From: an uncultured Gemmatimonadaceae bacterium
GTDB lineage: Bacteria > Gemmatimonadota > Gemmatimonadetes > Gemmatimonadales > Gemmatimonadaceae
DNA: 64,000 nt
Direction of reading: 5' to 3'
Assembly (NCBI GenBank): GCA_963740355.1
Contig: CAVUDW010000003.1
Location: forward strand, 1,088,001 to 1,152,000
Shown: positions 10,713-20,516 of the stretch, in pieces
Position numbering within the stretch: the stretch's first letter is position 1
Layout: the number at the start of each line of letters is the position of its first letter
The notes under the pieces: model-generated
What the model saw: only the letters and a program-made list of their open reading frames with translations
Told to the model about the DNA's origin: nothing
Databases searched by the model: none
Made by a program: the position numbers and the translations under genes

Positions 10713-11159
10713 ATGTTTCGCACACTCACCACCGCCCTGATGCTGCTCGCCTGCACGGCCAGGACCGCTGCGGCCCAAGCCGATGACCAGACGACCGAAG
10801 CGCTGCTGGGCGGCTTTCGCACGCCTTCCGGCAACATCTATTGTCAGGCCTTCTCGATCGGCAAAGCCCGTCGGACCGAGCTGCGGTGTGACGTCCTCAA
10901 GAACGACGCGCCGATGGTGCGGCGGCCGGCCGACTGCGAGCAGGACTACGGGAATGCGTTCAACCTGACGGATGGTGGCCGCGCGACCCGACTCTGTGTC
11001 GGCGACACGGTGGCAGATCCGGAGCTACCGGTGCTCGCATACGGCCAGACTTGGAGCGCCAAACAGATCCGGTGTGAATTGACGACACTCCGTCTGCGTT
11101 GCAGCAACCCTGCCGGGCGATACTTCGCGCTTTCGCGGCGCGCGCAGCGCCTGGGCTGA
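10713..11159 (+). CDS. Secreted cysteine-rich hypothetical protein (DUF6636-like)
   Basis: Signal peptide; FRTPSGNIYC...CVGDT...PVLAYGQTW...C pattern. Confidence 0.7.
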   Translation: MFRTLTTALMLLACTARTAAAQADDQTTEALLGGFRTPSGNIYCQAFSIGKARRTELRCDVLKNDAPMVRRPADCEQDYGNAFNLTDGGRATRLCVGDTVADPELPVLAYGQTWSAKQIRCELTTLRLRCSNPAGRYFALSRRAQRLG

Positions 11160-11178
11160 CAAGGCCGACTCGACGCGC

Positions 11179-11796
11179 CTACGTCGTACTGTGGGTACCG
11201 GAGATCAGGCGCTCGACGGCCCAGCGCGCACTCAGCATCGCTTCCCGACCGCTGCCACAGGGCGCTTGCGATACGGCACCCTCGTACAGCGACACGACCG
11301 CCCGCGCCAACTGCGGCGGGGCGTCGGGGACTGCACCGGCAACCAGTGAGTCGATCAGCGCGGCAAACCAGGCGCGCTGATCCCGAAACACTGGGCTCGC
11401 AGGGTGCGATGCATCCGGAAGTTCGGCTGCTGCAATCTGAAAGTGACAGCCCCTGAATCCCGGCCCTTCCGCCGAAGCCGCCGCCATGTCGAAGAGGGCC
11501 AGCAGCCGAGCACGCGGATCCGGCCCGGCACGTTCGATCGTCTGGCTGACCAGTGTTCTGGTCTGCGTCGCCCGTGCGTCGAGGTAGGCCGCGACCAACT
11601 CGTCCTTCCCCGAGAAGTGCGCGTACAGCGACGCCTTCGCAGCCCCGGACTCGGCCAGAATGCGATCGATGCCGACAGCGCGAATGCCCTCGGCGTAGAA
11701 GAGGCGATCGGCGGTTTCGAGGAGGCGAGAACGGACGTCCGGAGCGTCCTTCAGCCCAGGCGGTCGTCCACGGCGCGGTTTGGTCATTTCTGCCAT
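11179..11796 (-). CDS. TetR/AcrR family transcriptional regulator
   Basis: LFYAEGIRAVGIDRILAESGAAKASLYAHFSGKDEL helix-turn-helix; GC motif in the C-terminal domain; divergent from the SDR gene. Confidence 0.95.
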   Translation of the reverse strand: MAEMTKPRRGRPPGLKDAPDVRSRLLETADRLFYAEGIRAVGIDRILAESGAAKASLYAHFSGKDELVAAYLDARATQTRTLVSQTIERAGPDPRARLLALFDMAAASAEGPGFRGCHFQIAAAELPDASHPASPVFRDQRAWFAALIDSLVAGAVPDAPPQLARAVVSLYEGAVSQAPCGSGREAMLSARWAVERLISGTHSTT

Positions 11797-11798
11797 GC

Positions 11799-11827
11799 TT
11801 GACAATACAGACAGACCGGTCTATTGT
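11799..11827 (+). promoter_or_regulatory. Sigma-70 promoter for the SDR gene, overlapped by TetR operator 1
   Basis: TTGACA-N17-TATTGT; the spacer and -10 contain AGACAGACCGGTCTATT. Confidence 0.75.
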
Positions 11828-11840
11828 CTAGCCCAGAAGC

Positions 11841-11858
11841 AGACAGACCTGTCTGTCT
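11841..11858. promoter_or_regulatory. Putative TetR operator 2
   Basis: Palindrome AGACAGAC-CT-GTCTGTCT, similar to the site at 11809-11826. Confidence 0.7.
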
Positions 11859-11885
11859 AAAAAGCCATCCCCTGCAGCCCAACTC

Positions 11886-12629
11886 ATGTCACAGAAGATC
11901 GAAGGATCCGTCGCACTCGTCACCGGTGCAAATCGCGGAATCGGCCGAGCCATCGTGGATGCGCTCGTCGCCGCCGGCGCCGCAAAAGTTTACGCGGGCG
12001 CTCGCACACTCGCATCACTTGAGCCCCTGAAGCGCCAGCATGGAGACATCATCGTTCCCGTCGAGCTCGATGTGGTGAAGGCTGATCAGATTGCCGCGTC
12101 CGCAGCGCTTGCGACGGATGTGACCATCGTCGTGAACAACGCCGGTATTGCGCTCGAGTACGGCACGCAGTTCGTGGACATCAATCTCGATCTGGCACGC
12201 GAGCAGCTCGAAGTGAATGCCTTCGGCACCCTCAGTGTGACACAGGCCTTCGCGCCGCATCTGAAGCGGAATGGTGGTGGCTCGCTGGTCAACATTATCT
12301 CAGCCGTCGCCTTCGCGAACTTCCCCGGCGTCGTTTCCTACAGCGTGTCGAAGGCTGCAATGCACTCGATCACGCAGGCGTCGCGCTCCGCGTTGGCGGG
12401 GCAAGGCACGGTTGTGATTGGCGTGTACCCAGGGCCCGTCGACACCGACATGGCGAGTGAAGTCCAGATGGACAAGGTGCCGGCGAAGGGTGTCGCCGAG
12501 CGGATCCTGCGTGGAATCGAGCTGGGCGAGGAGGAAGTCTTTCCCGATCCAGTGTCCGCGCAGCTCGGCGGCGTCTATGCGTCCGATCCGAAGGGTGTGG
12601 AGCGCGCGGTGGCGGCAATGGTGGTGTAA
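11886..12629 (+). CDS. SDR family oxidoreductase
   Basis: TGANRGIG, NNAG, YSVSK catalytic motif, PGPVDT. Confidence 0.95.
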   Translation: MSQKIEGSVALVTGANRGIGRAIVDALVAAGAAKVYAGARTLASLEPLKRQHGDIIVPVELDVVKADQIAASAALATDVTIVVNNAGIALEYGTQFVDINLDLAREQLEVNAFGTLSVTQAFAPHLKRNGGGSLVNIISAVAFANFPGVVSYSVSKAAMHSITQASRSALAGQGTVVIGVYPGPVDTDMASEVQMDKVPAKGVAERILRGIELGEEEVFPDPVSAQLGGVYASDPKGVERAVAAMVV

Positions 12630-12635
12630 CGCCGC

Positions 12636-12847
12636 GATCAAGGGGTCAGAGATCTTGAACGGCGAATTTTCGGCCTAAGTCACTGGGGCTCAGAGGGTTG
12701 CGTGCCGATCAAGGGGTCAGAGATCTTGATCGGGAGAGCTTGATCGATCACGATCAAGATCTCTGACCCCTTGATCGGAGGCCAACTGCATGCGCTCCAA
12801 CACATTACCCCGCTAAAACGCCGATCAAGATCTCTGACCCCTTGAAA
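12636..12847. repeat. Modular intergenic repeat, locus 2 (two units head to head)
   Basis: Arms at 12636-12660 and 12707-12731, inverted arms at 12752-12776 and 12823-12847; boxes at 12676-12700 and 12783-12807; spacers exactly 15 and 6 bp. Confidence 0.92.
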
Positions 12848-12874
12848 ACGTGGCCCCCTCGCTCGGCCGCCGAG

Positions 12875-13504
12875 TCAGACCTGCGGCAACAGCATGTCGG
12901 CCGCGGCCACCGAATCGATCGGCTCCGACACCGGCTTCAGCATCCCCGTTGCGACGTCATACACGACGCCCTGCAACAGGACCTTCTGCCCCTTCTTCCA
13001 CGCGTCCAGCACGATCGGCGTGCGCGCAAGAATGCCCATCTGCTGCAGCACATTCAGCTCCGACAGGCGGCTGAGGCGCGCCGTCTCATCCACGATGCGA
13101 TCCAGCTCCTGGCGATGCCAGCGAATCACGGTCCGGATGTCGCTGAGCCAATGGTCGATCACACCGTGCGCGCCGTCGTTCATGGCGGCCTTCAGCGCGC
13201 CACAATTGGTGTGACCACAGATCATCACGTGCTCCACCTTCAAGACATCGATCGCGTACTGCAGCACCGAGATCAGGTTCATGTCCGTCTCCCACACCTG
13301 ATTCCCGATGTTCCGGTGCACGAACATCTCGCCCGGCAACACGCCCGTCAGCGTCTCCGCTGGAACACGACTGTCGGAACAGCCGATCCAGAGGAAGTGC
13401 GGCTCCTGAGAGGAGTCTCGCTCCGAGAAGAAGTCCGGGTCCTCCGTGACGATACGGGCGGCCCAGCTCCGGTTGTTCTCGAGTATTCGTGCGAAATTCA
13501 GCAT
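12875..13504 (-). CDS. can: Beta-class carbonic anhydrase
   Basis: WIGCSDSRVP, FVHRNIGN, ICGHTNCG zinc ligands. Confidence 0.95.
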   Translation of the reverse strand: MLNFARILENNRSWAARIVTEDPDFFSERDSSQEPHFLWIGCSDSRVPAETLTGVLPGEMFVHRNIGNQVWETDMNLISVLQYAIDVLKVEHVMICGHTNCGALKAAMNDGAHGVIDHWLSDIRTVIRWHRQELDRIVDETARLSRLSELNVLQQMGILARTPIVLDAWKKGQKVLLQGVVYDVATGMLKPVSEPIDSVAAADMLLPQV

Positions 13505-13706
13505 GACGGTGAGCGAAAAGAGTCGAGAGGTGGGCGCGCTGAAATCGGGCAGCCGGCGAACAGGGCGAGATTCCAGCGAATTCGCTCGATTCCCCTACAC
13601 AGAATCTTAAAAAGGCTCAAGGAATCCAGCACGTGAGCCGAATCTCACAATCAAGCGATTGCTGAGCACGCCGGCAGGTCAGGCACCACTGGGAGCACGA
13701 CCAGAA

Positions 13707-15974
13707 GTGAACGATACCGAGAGCACCCTGCCGCGACCATCGAATACCAGAAGCCTGAGCCGCAGTTATTCGCTCGGACTTGGACTGATCGCGGCCCTTG
13801 CCCTCGGAACTTCGGCGCTGATTCTCGCGGTCGCCAACCGGAGTGCGCCGACCGAGCTGCGCGAGCGAATCGTCGCTCGACAGCTGGCGGAAGCCGACCA
13901 GCTGATCGCGGCCGGACGTACCATCGCGGCCACGTCGCCGTCCGACCCACTGGCCACGGCCGAGTCGCGCGCGCAAGCGGGTGCGGCGCTGACGGCCCAT
14001 GGCGTCGCATTGGTGAAGGCAATCGACGACGCCAACGTCAGCATCGCGGCAGATCACGCCCAGACCGTCACGCAACTGAAGCGGATCGCCATCGGATTCT
14101 GCGTCACCCTCCTCGGCGTCCTGATCTTCGAGGTGATGGTCGTCTTCCGCCCGGCGACGAAGGCGATCGGCGCACTGTTGCTGGATCAGGAAGCCGTCAA
14201 GAACGAGCTGTACGCCAAGGCCGAAGAGATGTACCAGAGCAACGTGCAGCAGGAGATCCAGAACGATACGCTCCATGCGCAGCAGCAGACGTTGCTCGAA
14301 CAACAGGAAGAACTTCTCGCGCAGCAGTCGACGCTGATCGAGCAGCGTGACCATCTTGAGCAGCGCACCAACGAGTTGTCGCGATTGACGGCGATTCTCG
14401 ACGCGACACCCGACGCCGTCGCCGTCTTCTCGCTCACGGGCGAGGTGCTCTATACGAATGCCGCGGCCGAACGGCACCTCGAGGATGTGCGTCGCCGCGA
14501 TTGGACGCACGCAGCGCACCTGCTGACGACAGAGTCGGTGCGCCAACTCCGTGACGTCGCCTTCCCGCGCGCCATTCGTCGTGGCCTCTGGCAGGGCGAG
14601 GCGACACTCCGCACCCGCGGCGGGCCGCAGCGAACCGTGATCCAGACTCTCATTGCCCATCGCGGCCCGGATGGGCGCGTGTCCACCGTGTCGGTGATGC
14701 TGCAGGATGTGACGGAATCGCGCCTTGTGGCACGAGAACTCGAGACACTCTCGCTGGTTGCACGCCAGAGTGACCACGCGATCGTGACGACTGATGCCCG
14801 CGGTGCGATCACGTGGGTGAACCCCGCCTGGGAGCGACTCACTGGCTACACGCTGACCGAGGTCTTCAGCCGTCGCCCCGGCGAATTGCTGCAAGGCACA
14901 CACACGAACAGCGAGACGGTGACGCAGATGCGGCACGCGCTGCGCGCCGGCAATGGGTGGAGCGGTGAAATCCTGAACTATCGGCGTGACGGGGCACCGT
15001 ACTGGATCGAGACGAGCATCACACCATCCCTGAACGCCGAGGGTACGATTTCAGGATTCGTCGGCCTCTCGCGAGACATCACCGCGCGCCGCAATGCCGA
15101 TCGCGAGCGACAGCAACTGGCGGCCGCTGTCGCGGTGACGGCGGACGGTATCGCAATCACCGGCGTGAGCGGCGCGCTGGAGTTCGTGAATCACGCCTTC
15201 GCACGAATGCATGGCGTGAAGCCGGCCGACCTGCTGCAGACACCATGGGCCTCGCTGTATGGCGACGACGAATCACGTCGACTGGTACGCGACGCGATTC
15301 CGGAAGTGACGCAAGTCGGTTTCTGGCACGGCGAGGCGACCGGACGGGCGAAGGATGGTACGCAGTATCCGCAGGAACTGTCGTTGACGTTGTTGCCCCA
15401 CGGCGGCCTGGTTGCGGTCGCACGCGACATCTCCGAGCGGAAGGCGGCCGAGGAGCGATTGCTGCACCTCTCGGTGCGTGATGAGCTGACGTCGCTCTAC
15501 AATCGACGCGGGTTCCTCGAGCAAGCGGATTCGGTGTTGAAGCTGTCAGCCCGACAGGGGGTGCCGTGTGCCCTGCTCTACGGCGATCTCGATTCGTTCA
15601 AGTCAGTCAATGACGGCTATGGGCACGACGCCGGCGACGCCGCCTTGAAAACAGTCTCACGCATCCTGTCGTCGACGTTTCGTGAGACCGACCTCGTCGC
15701 CAGGCTTGGCGGGGATGAGTTCACGATCCTCGCCATTGACGTCCGCCCAGAGGATGTGTCGATCATCCTCGCGCGGATCGATGACGCCGCGGCCGAGAGC
15801 AATTGCGCACGCGCGAACGACCCATCGCAGGCGTGGCGGCTTGGTATCAGCATTGGCGCGGCATACTTCAATCCTGACGCACCGGTCGACGTCGAGACGT
15901 TGCTGCGTACCGCAGACGAGGCGCAATACCTGGAGAAGCGGCTGCGCAAATCGCGGGCGGCGCAGGCCGCGTAG
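13707..15974 (+). CDS. Membrane-anchored multi-PAS diguanylate cyclase
   Basis: Two TM segments, Gln-rich coiled coil, three PAS/PAC domains, RETD I-site followed by ARLGGDEF; start uncertain (13659 or 13707). Confidence 0.92.
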   Translation: MNDTESTLPRPSNTRSLSRSYSLGLGLIAALALGTSALILAVANRSAPTELRERIVARQLAEADQLIAAGRTIAATSPSDPLATAESRAQAGAALTAHGVALVKAIDDANVSIAADHAQTVTQLKRIAIGFCVTLLGVLIFEVMVVFRPATKAIGALLLDQEAVKNELYAKAEEMYQSNVQQEIQNDTLHAQQQTLLEQQEELLAQQSTLIEQRDHLEQRTNELSRLTAILDATPDAVAVFSLTGEVLYTNAAAERHLEDVRRRDWTHAAHLLTTESVRQLRDVAFPRAIRRGLWQGEATLRTRGGPQRTVIQTLIAHRGPDGRVSTVSVMLQDVTESRLVARELETLSLVARQSDHAIVTTDARGAITWVNPAWERLTGYTLTEVFSRRPGELLQGTHTNSETVTQMRHALRAGNGWSGEILNYRRDGAPYWIETSITPSLNAEGTISGFVGLSRDITARRNADRERQQLAAAVAVTADGIAITGVSGALEFVNHAFARMHGVKPADLLQTPWASLYGDDESRRLVRDAIPEVTQVGFWHGEATGRAKDGTQYPQELSLTLLPHGGLVAVARDISERKAAEERLLHLSVRDELTSLYNRRGFLEQADSVLKLSARQGVPCALLYGDLDSFKSVNDGYGHDAGDAALKTVSRILSSTFRETDLVARLGGDEFTILAIDVRPEDVSIILARIDDAAAESNCARANDPSQAWRLGISIGAAYFNPDAPVDVETLLRTADEAQYLEKRLRKSRAAQAA

Positions 15975-15991
15975 CACGATGCCTCGGCGCC

Positions 15992-18676
15992 TTACCCGGT
16001 CCTGATCGCGCGAGTGACCGCGGTGTACAACTCTTCGGCGCGGAAGGGTTTCTGCACAAACCCAGCAGGCTCCATGCCGACGAACTGCGCCGTCACCTCG
16101 CGTTCGCGATAGCCGCTGGTCAGCAGCACACGCACGCTGGCGTCGATTCGGCAAAGTTCCGCCATGGTTGCGGCGCCTCCCATTCGAGGCATGGTGAGGT
16201 CGAGCAGCACCAATGCAAATGTGGAAGGCGCGGCCCGGAACTTCGCAACACCATCCTCGCCATCGTTGGCGACGACGACGGTGAATCCGCGGCGCTCCAG
16301 CAGTCGCTTCGCCACGACGCGCACCGTGTCATCATCATCGATGACCAGCACGGAGCCAAGGCCGGCACCCGTGACCGGCATGGCGCTGGCTGCGGCAGCG
16401 GGCCGCGCCACATCCGCCACGGGTAACAGGATCCGGAACGTCGAACCTGTCCCTCGCGCACTCTGAATGCGGATGCCACCACGATGACCGCGGACGATAC
16501 CGAGTGTCGCGGCGAGGCCGAGCCCGCGACCGGTGAACTTTGTGGTGAAGAATGGCTCGAAGATTCGCGTCAGCGTCTCGTCAGTCATGCCTTCGCCGGT
16601 ATCCTGCACTTCGACGAACACATAATCGCCCGCGGGCAGCGCATCACCCGCATATCCCGGCTCCGCGCTGTCGACTCCAAGCAGCTGGCGTCCGGTGCTG
16701 AGGCGGATCGTTCCCCCGCTCTCGTCCAAGGCATCCGACGCATTGGTGATCAGGTTCATGATCACCTGTCGCACCTGCGTCGCATCCGCCTCGATCAGCG
16801 GGAGTGACGGATCGAGGTTGAACTCGAGTCTCGCCTGCCGCGAGAGGACGGTACGCAGCAACGCGCTCATCTCGGCGACGAGGTCCGAGAGATCGACCGG
16901 TTCGACCACGAATTGGCCGCGGCCCGAATAGGCCAGCATCTGTCGTGTCAGATCGGCTGCACGCTGTGCCGCGCGCTCGATGTCGACCACTGGACCGTAG
17001 GCCTGGGATGCAGCGTCGAGGTCGAGCAAGGCCAGGCTCGCATTTCCAAGCACACCAACCAGCAGGTTGTTGAAATCGTGTGCGATGCCACCCGCCAGCA
17101 CCTCGAGCGACTCGAGCTTCTGGGCGCGGAGCATCTTCTGTTCGAGCTGTCGGCGCGCCTCTTCGGCACGGCGGGCATCGCTGATGTCGTCGACCGTGCC
17201 GACACGACCGACGATGGCACCAGTTTCGTCGCGGATCGCGGCGCTGTGAGCCAGCACCCACCGCTCGAGGCCATCGCTCATGACCAGACGGAATTCACCG
17301 CGGAAGTCGTGACTGCCGACCGACTTGCCAAGCCACGAATTCGCGATCTCGTGATCCTCCGGGTGGACCCGTGACGAGAATCCGGTGGTGATGAGCGACG
17401 CCTCACGCAGTTCCCAGATTCGCTGCAAGCGAGGGTTGGCGTAGGTGCATTGGCCGGCGGCATCGGCAAGGAAGATCCCGATCGGCGCCGCTTCGCCAAG
17501 CGCGCGAAAGCGAGCCTCGCTCTCGCGTAGCGCGGTGAGGGCCACTTCGCGATCCGTGACGTCCTTGGCGACCATCACGGCGCCCGCCGGATTGCCATGC
17601 GTATCGCGGAGTGCGCCAAAGCTGATTTCGTACGCTTGCATCGTTTCCGGCGTCTTGCCGAAGACGGCGAACTGGTTGGCGGCCTTTCCTGCAACTGCGG
17701 CTTCCCACATGGCGATGGCGGCATCCCGCTGCGCCTTCGGCTGCACGGCAAGCGCATCGTAGAGTGAGTCGCCAACCTCGAGCGTGGTACCCCACAACGT
17801 GCTGAAATCCGCCCGCGCGTGCTCGTTCATCGCCACGACGCGCAGCGACTGGTCCACGCCAACGACGCGATCCGGGCTGTATCGAATCACGGCGTCGAGG
17901 CGCTCGGTCAACGCCGCCAGCGCCGAGCGATCGCGCACCGTGTCGGTGACGTCATTCATGATCGAGACCGCACCGATCAAGGTGCCCGCGCTATCTCGGA
18001 GGTTGCCGAAGCGCGCGTCGAACAGCCGGGGTTCGCCGCCATCGGCGCTGATCTCGCGACGGACGGTGAATTCCTCGCCGCCGAGGGTGGCGCGCTCCCA
18101 ACGTTGGACGGCTTCCGCCAGCGCATCCGGAAAGTCCGCCAAGGCATCGCGGAAGTTGTCACCGACCTGAATGGTGCGTCCGAACACCGCCGTGAAGACA
18201 CGGGCGTAGGCCTTGTTGAACGCGAGGAAATCGAGGTTCATGTTCATCGCGACGACCATGTCCGGCGTGCTGTCGAGAATCGCCGCCAATCGTTCGTTCG
18301 CAACAGCGACGTCCGCCTGGTGCCGAAATTTTGCCGAGACTTCGGTGGCGAAGATCACCACGCCGTCCGGCAGCGGCCGCACGACGATCGATGCCCATCG
18401 CTCGCTGGGCGGATGCGGAAGTTCGAACGCGACCTCATCCCCGGCCATCGCCCGAGAGATCTGCGCCTGCAGCGCTGACCCATTCATCTCTGGCGCGACA
18501 TCGACGGCGTGGCGACCGAGCAGCGTCGTCGCGTCGCCATCTCCGAGCACGGCCGCGGCGGCGGGGTTCAGGTACCGGATTCGCCACTCGCGATCGAGTA
18601 CGACGACCGGATCGGGGGCTCGATCAAGCACAGTCAGCGCCAACCGCGCATCCGCCTCGGCGGGAATAGTGTCCAT
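15992..18676 (-). CDS. Multi-PAS hybrid sensor histidine kinase/response regulator
   Basis: GGIAHDFNN H-box, NLITNASDA, FEPFFTTKFTGRGLGL, receiver domain LLDLTMP...QKPF. Confidence 0.95.
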   Translation of the reverse strand: MDTIPAEADARLALTVLDRAPDPVVVLDREWRIRYLNPAAAAVLGDGDATTLLGRHAVDVAPEMNGSALQAQISRAMAGDEVAFELPHPPSERWASIVVRPLPDGVVIFATEVSAKFRHQADVAVANERLAAILDSTPDMVVAMNMNLDFLAFNKAYARVFTAVFGRTIQVGDNFRDALADFPDALAEAVQRWERATLGGEEFTVRREISADGGEPRLFDARFGNLRDSAGTLIGAVSIMNDVTDTVRDRSALAALTERLDAVIRYSPDRVVGVDQSLRVVAMNEHARADFSTLWGTTLEVGDSLYDALAVQPKAQRDAAIAMWEAAVAGKAANQFAVFGKTPETMQAYEISFGALRDTHGNPAGAVMVAKDVTDREVALTALRESEARFRALGEAAPIGIFLADAAGQCTYANPRLQRIWELREASLITTGFSSRVHPEDHEIANSWLGKSVGSHDFRGEFRLVMSDGLERWVLAHSAAIRDETGAIVGRVGTVDDISDARRAEEARRQLEQKMLRAQKLESLEVLAGGIAHDFNNLLVGVLGNASLALLDLDAASQAYGPVVDIERAAQRAADLTRQMLAYSGRGQFVVEPVDLSDLVAEMSALLRTVLSRQARLEFNLDPSLPLIEADATQVRQVIMNLITNASDALDESGGTIRLSTGRQLLGVDSAEPGYAGDALPAGDYVFVEVQDTGEGMTDETLTRIFEPFFTTKFTGRGLGLAATLGIVRGHRGGIRIQSARGTGSTFRILLPVADVARPAAAASAMPVTGAGLGSVLVIDDDDTVRVVAKRLLERRGFTVVVANDGEDGVAKFRAAPSTFALVLLDLTMPRMGGAATMAELCRIDASVRVLLTSGYREREVTAQFVGMEPAGFVQKPFRAEELYTAVTRAIRTG

Positions 18677-18888
18677 TACGCCCGAGGTGGAAGACTGAGT
18701 GCCATCCTACACAACGTCGAAGGAACCTGCCCACCTGTAAAGCGTGCTCTGGTGCAGCGCAGTTCCGGATCGTGACCAGCCAGTCGGTCGGAAAGCGATC
18801 CGAACGCCCGAAAAGGCACACGGCCGAGGCCGGGTTCGGTATCTTTCCCAGCGACCGATTCCCGGTCCGACACCCGATTTCCGATTCG

Positions 18889-20499
18889 ATGACCAGTTCC
18901 ACGACCTCCGCCGCCATCGCCAGTACCATCGAGCGCCGACGGACGTTTGCCATTATCAGCCATCCCGACGCCGGCAAGACCACGCTCACCGAGAAGCTGC
19001 TGCTCTACGGCGGCGCGATCCATCTCGCCGGCTCGGTGAAGGCGCGCCGCGCACAGCGCCATGCGACGTCCGACTGGATGGCGCTGGAACAGGAGCGCGG
19101 CATCTCGGTCACGTCCAGCGTGATGCAGTTCAACTGGGAAGGCTATCACATCAACCTGCTCGATACGCCTGGCCACGAGGACTTTTCGGAGGACACGTAT
19201 CGCACGCTGGTTGCGGCCGACAGCGCCATGATGCTGCTCGACAACCGCAAGGGCGTCGAGGATCGCACGCGGCAGCTGTTCTTGGTGTGCAAGCGTCGGC
19301 GCATGCCGATCTTTGCGCTTGTCAACAAGTGTGACCGCGTCGGTGAAGATCCGCTGAAGCTGATCAGTGATGTGGAGACGGACCTCGGCATCAACTGTCA
19401 TCCAGTGACGTGGCCGATCCATCGCGACGGCTCCTTCGTCGGCGTCTACGATCGTCGGAAGGAACAGATCTACCTCTTCGATCGCGGCGACGATCACGGT
19501 GCGAAGCGTGCGACGGGTCACGAAGGGCGCCTCGACAGTCCGGAGATCATCGAACTGCTTGGCCCAGAGGCGCATCAGCAGCTGCTGCACGATCTCGAGC
19601 TGCTGGAAGCGGCTGGGCATCCCTTCGATCACGAGGAGATTCTCGACGGCAGCCTGGTGCCGGTGTTCTTCGGCAGCGCGCTGACGAACTTCGGCGTCGA
19701 ACCGTTCTTCCGGGAATTCCTCGAGCTGGCCCCTGCCCCGACGTCGCGCGAGTCGACGCTCGGAGCGGTGGAGCCCACACAAGAGGAGTTCACCGGTTTC
19801 GTGTTCAAGATCCAGGCGAACATGGACCCGAAGCACCGCGACCGCATTGCGTTCGTGCGCGTCTGTTCGGGCAAGTTCGAGGCGGGCATGCCGTCGATGC
19901 ACGTGCGCACCGGCAAGACGGTGCGCCTCAATGCGCCACAGCAGTTCATGGCGCGCGAACGCACGATCATCGAGGAAGCGTGGCCGGGCGACGTGATCGG
20001 CATCATGGATCGCGGCAACCTGCGCATCGGGGATTCACTCACCGAGGGTGCGAAGCTCGAGTTCAGCGACATCCCGCGCTTCCCACCTGAGCACTTCGCC
20101 CGTGTGGTGCTGAAGGACCCGATCAAGCGAAAGCAACTCGATGCGGGCCTGCGTCAGCTGACGGAAGAAGGCGCCGCGCAGGTGTTCTACACGTCGCAGT
20201 CCGATGTCTCGCAGCCGACGCCGGTGGTTGGCGCAGTCGGTGTGCTGCAGTTCGACGTGATGCTGCATCGCCTGGAGCACGAATACGGGGTGCGTTGCAA
20301 GCTGGAGCCGATCAGCGCGCGGTATCCACGCTGGGTGACGGGCAAGGAAGCCGACATCGATCGACTCGCGGCCGAACCTGGCCGCCTGCGCATCTTCGAT
20401 TCTCTGGGCAACCCGGTGATCCTGTTCGAGAGCGAATGGGCACAGCGCTGGACGGTGGACCGTGTCTCAGCGCTGCAGTTCCACGAAGTGGCTCCCTGA
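18889..20499 (+). CDS. prfC: Peptide chain release factor 3
   Basis: RRTFAIISHPDAGKTTLTEK, DTPGHEDF, FKIQANMDPKHRDR. Confidence 0.98.
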   Translation: MTSSTTSAAIASTIERRRTFAIISHPDAGKTTLTEKLLLYGGAIHLAGSVKARRAQRHATSDWMALEQERGISVTSSVMQFNWEGYHINLLDTPGHEDFSEDTYRTLVAADSAMMLLDNRKGVEDRTRQLFLVCKRRRMPIFALVNKCDRVGEDPLKLISDVETDLGINCHPVTWPIHRDGSFVGVYDRRKEQIYLFDRGDDHGAKRATGHEGRLDSPEIIELLGPEAHQQLLHDLELLEAAGHPFDHEEILDGSLVPVFFGSALTNFGVEPFFREFLELAPAPTSRESTLGAVEPTQEEFTGFVFKIQANMDPKHRDRIAFVRVCSGKFEAGMPSMHVRTGKTVRLNAPQQFMARERTIIEEAWPGDVIGIMDRGNLRIGDSLTEGAKLEFSDIPRFPPEHFARVVLKDPIKRKQLDAGLRQLTEEGAAQVFYTSQSDVSQPTPVVGAVGVLQFDVMLHRLEHEYGVRCKLEPISARYPRWVTGKEADIDRLAAEPGRLRIFDSLGNPVILFESEWAQRWTVDRVSALQFHEVAP

Positions 20500-20516
20500 C
20501 GGCGTTCTCGCGCTGA

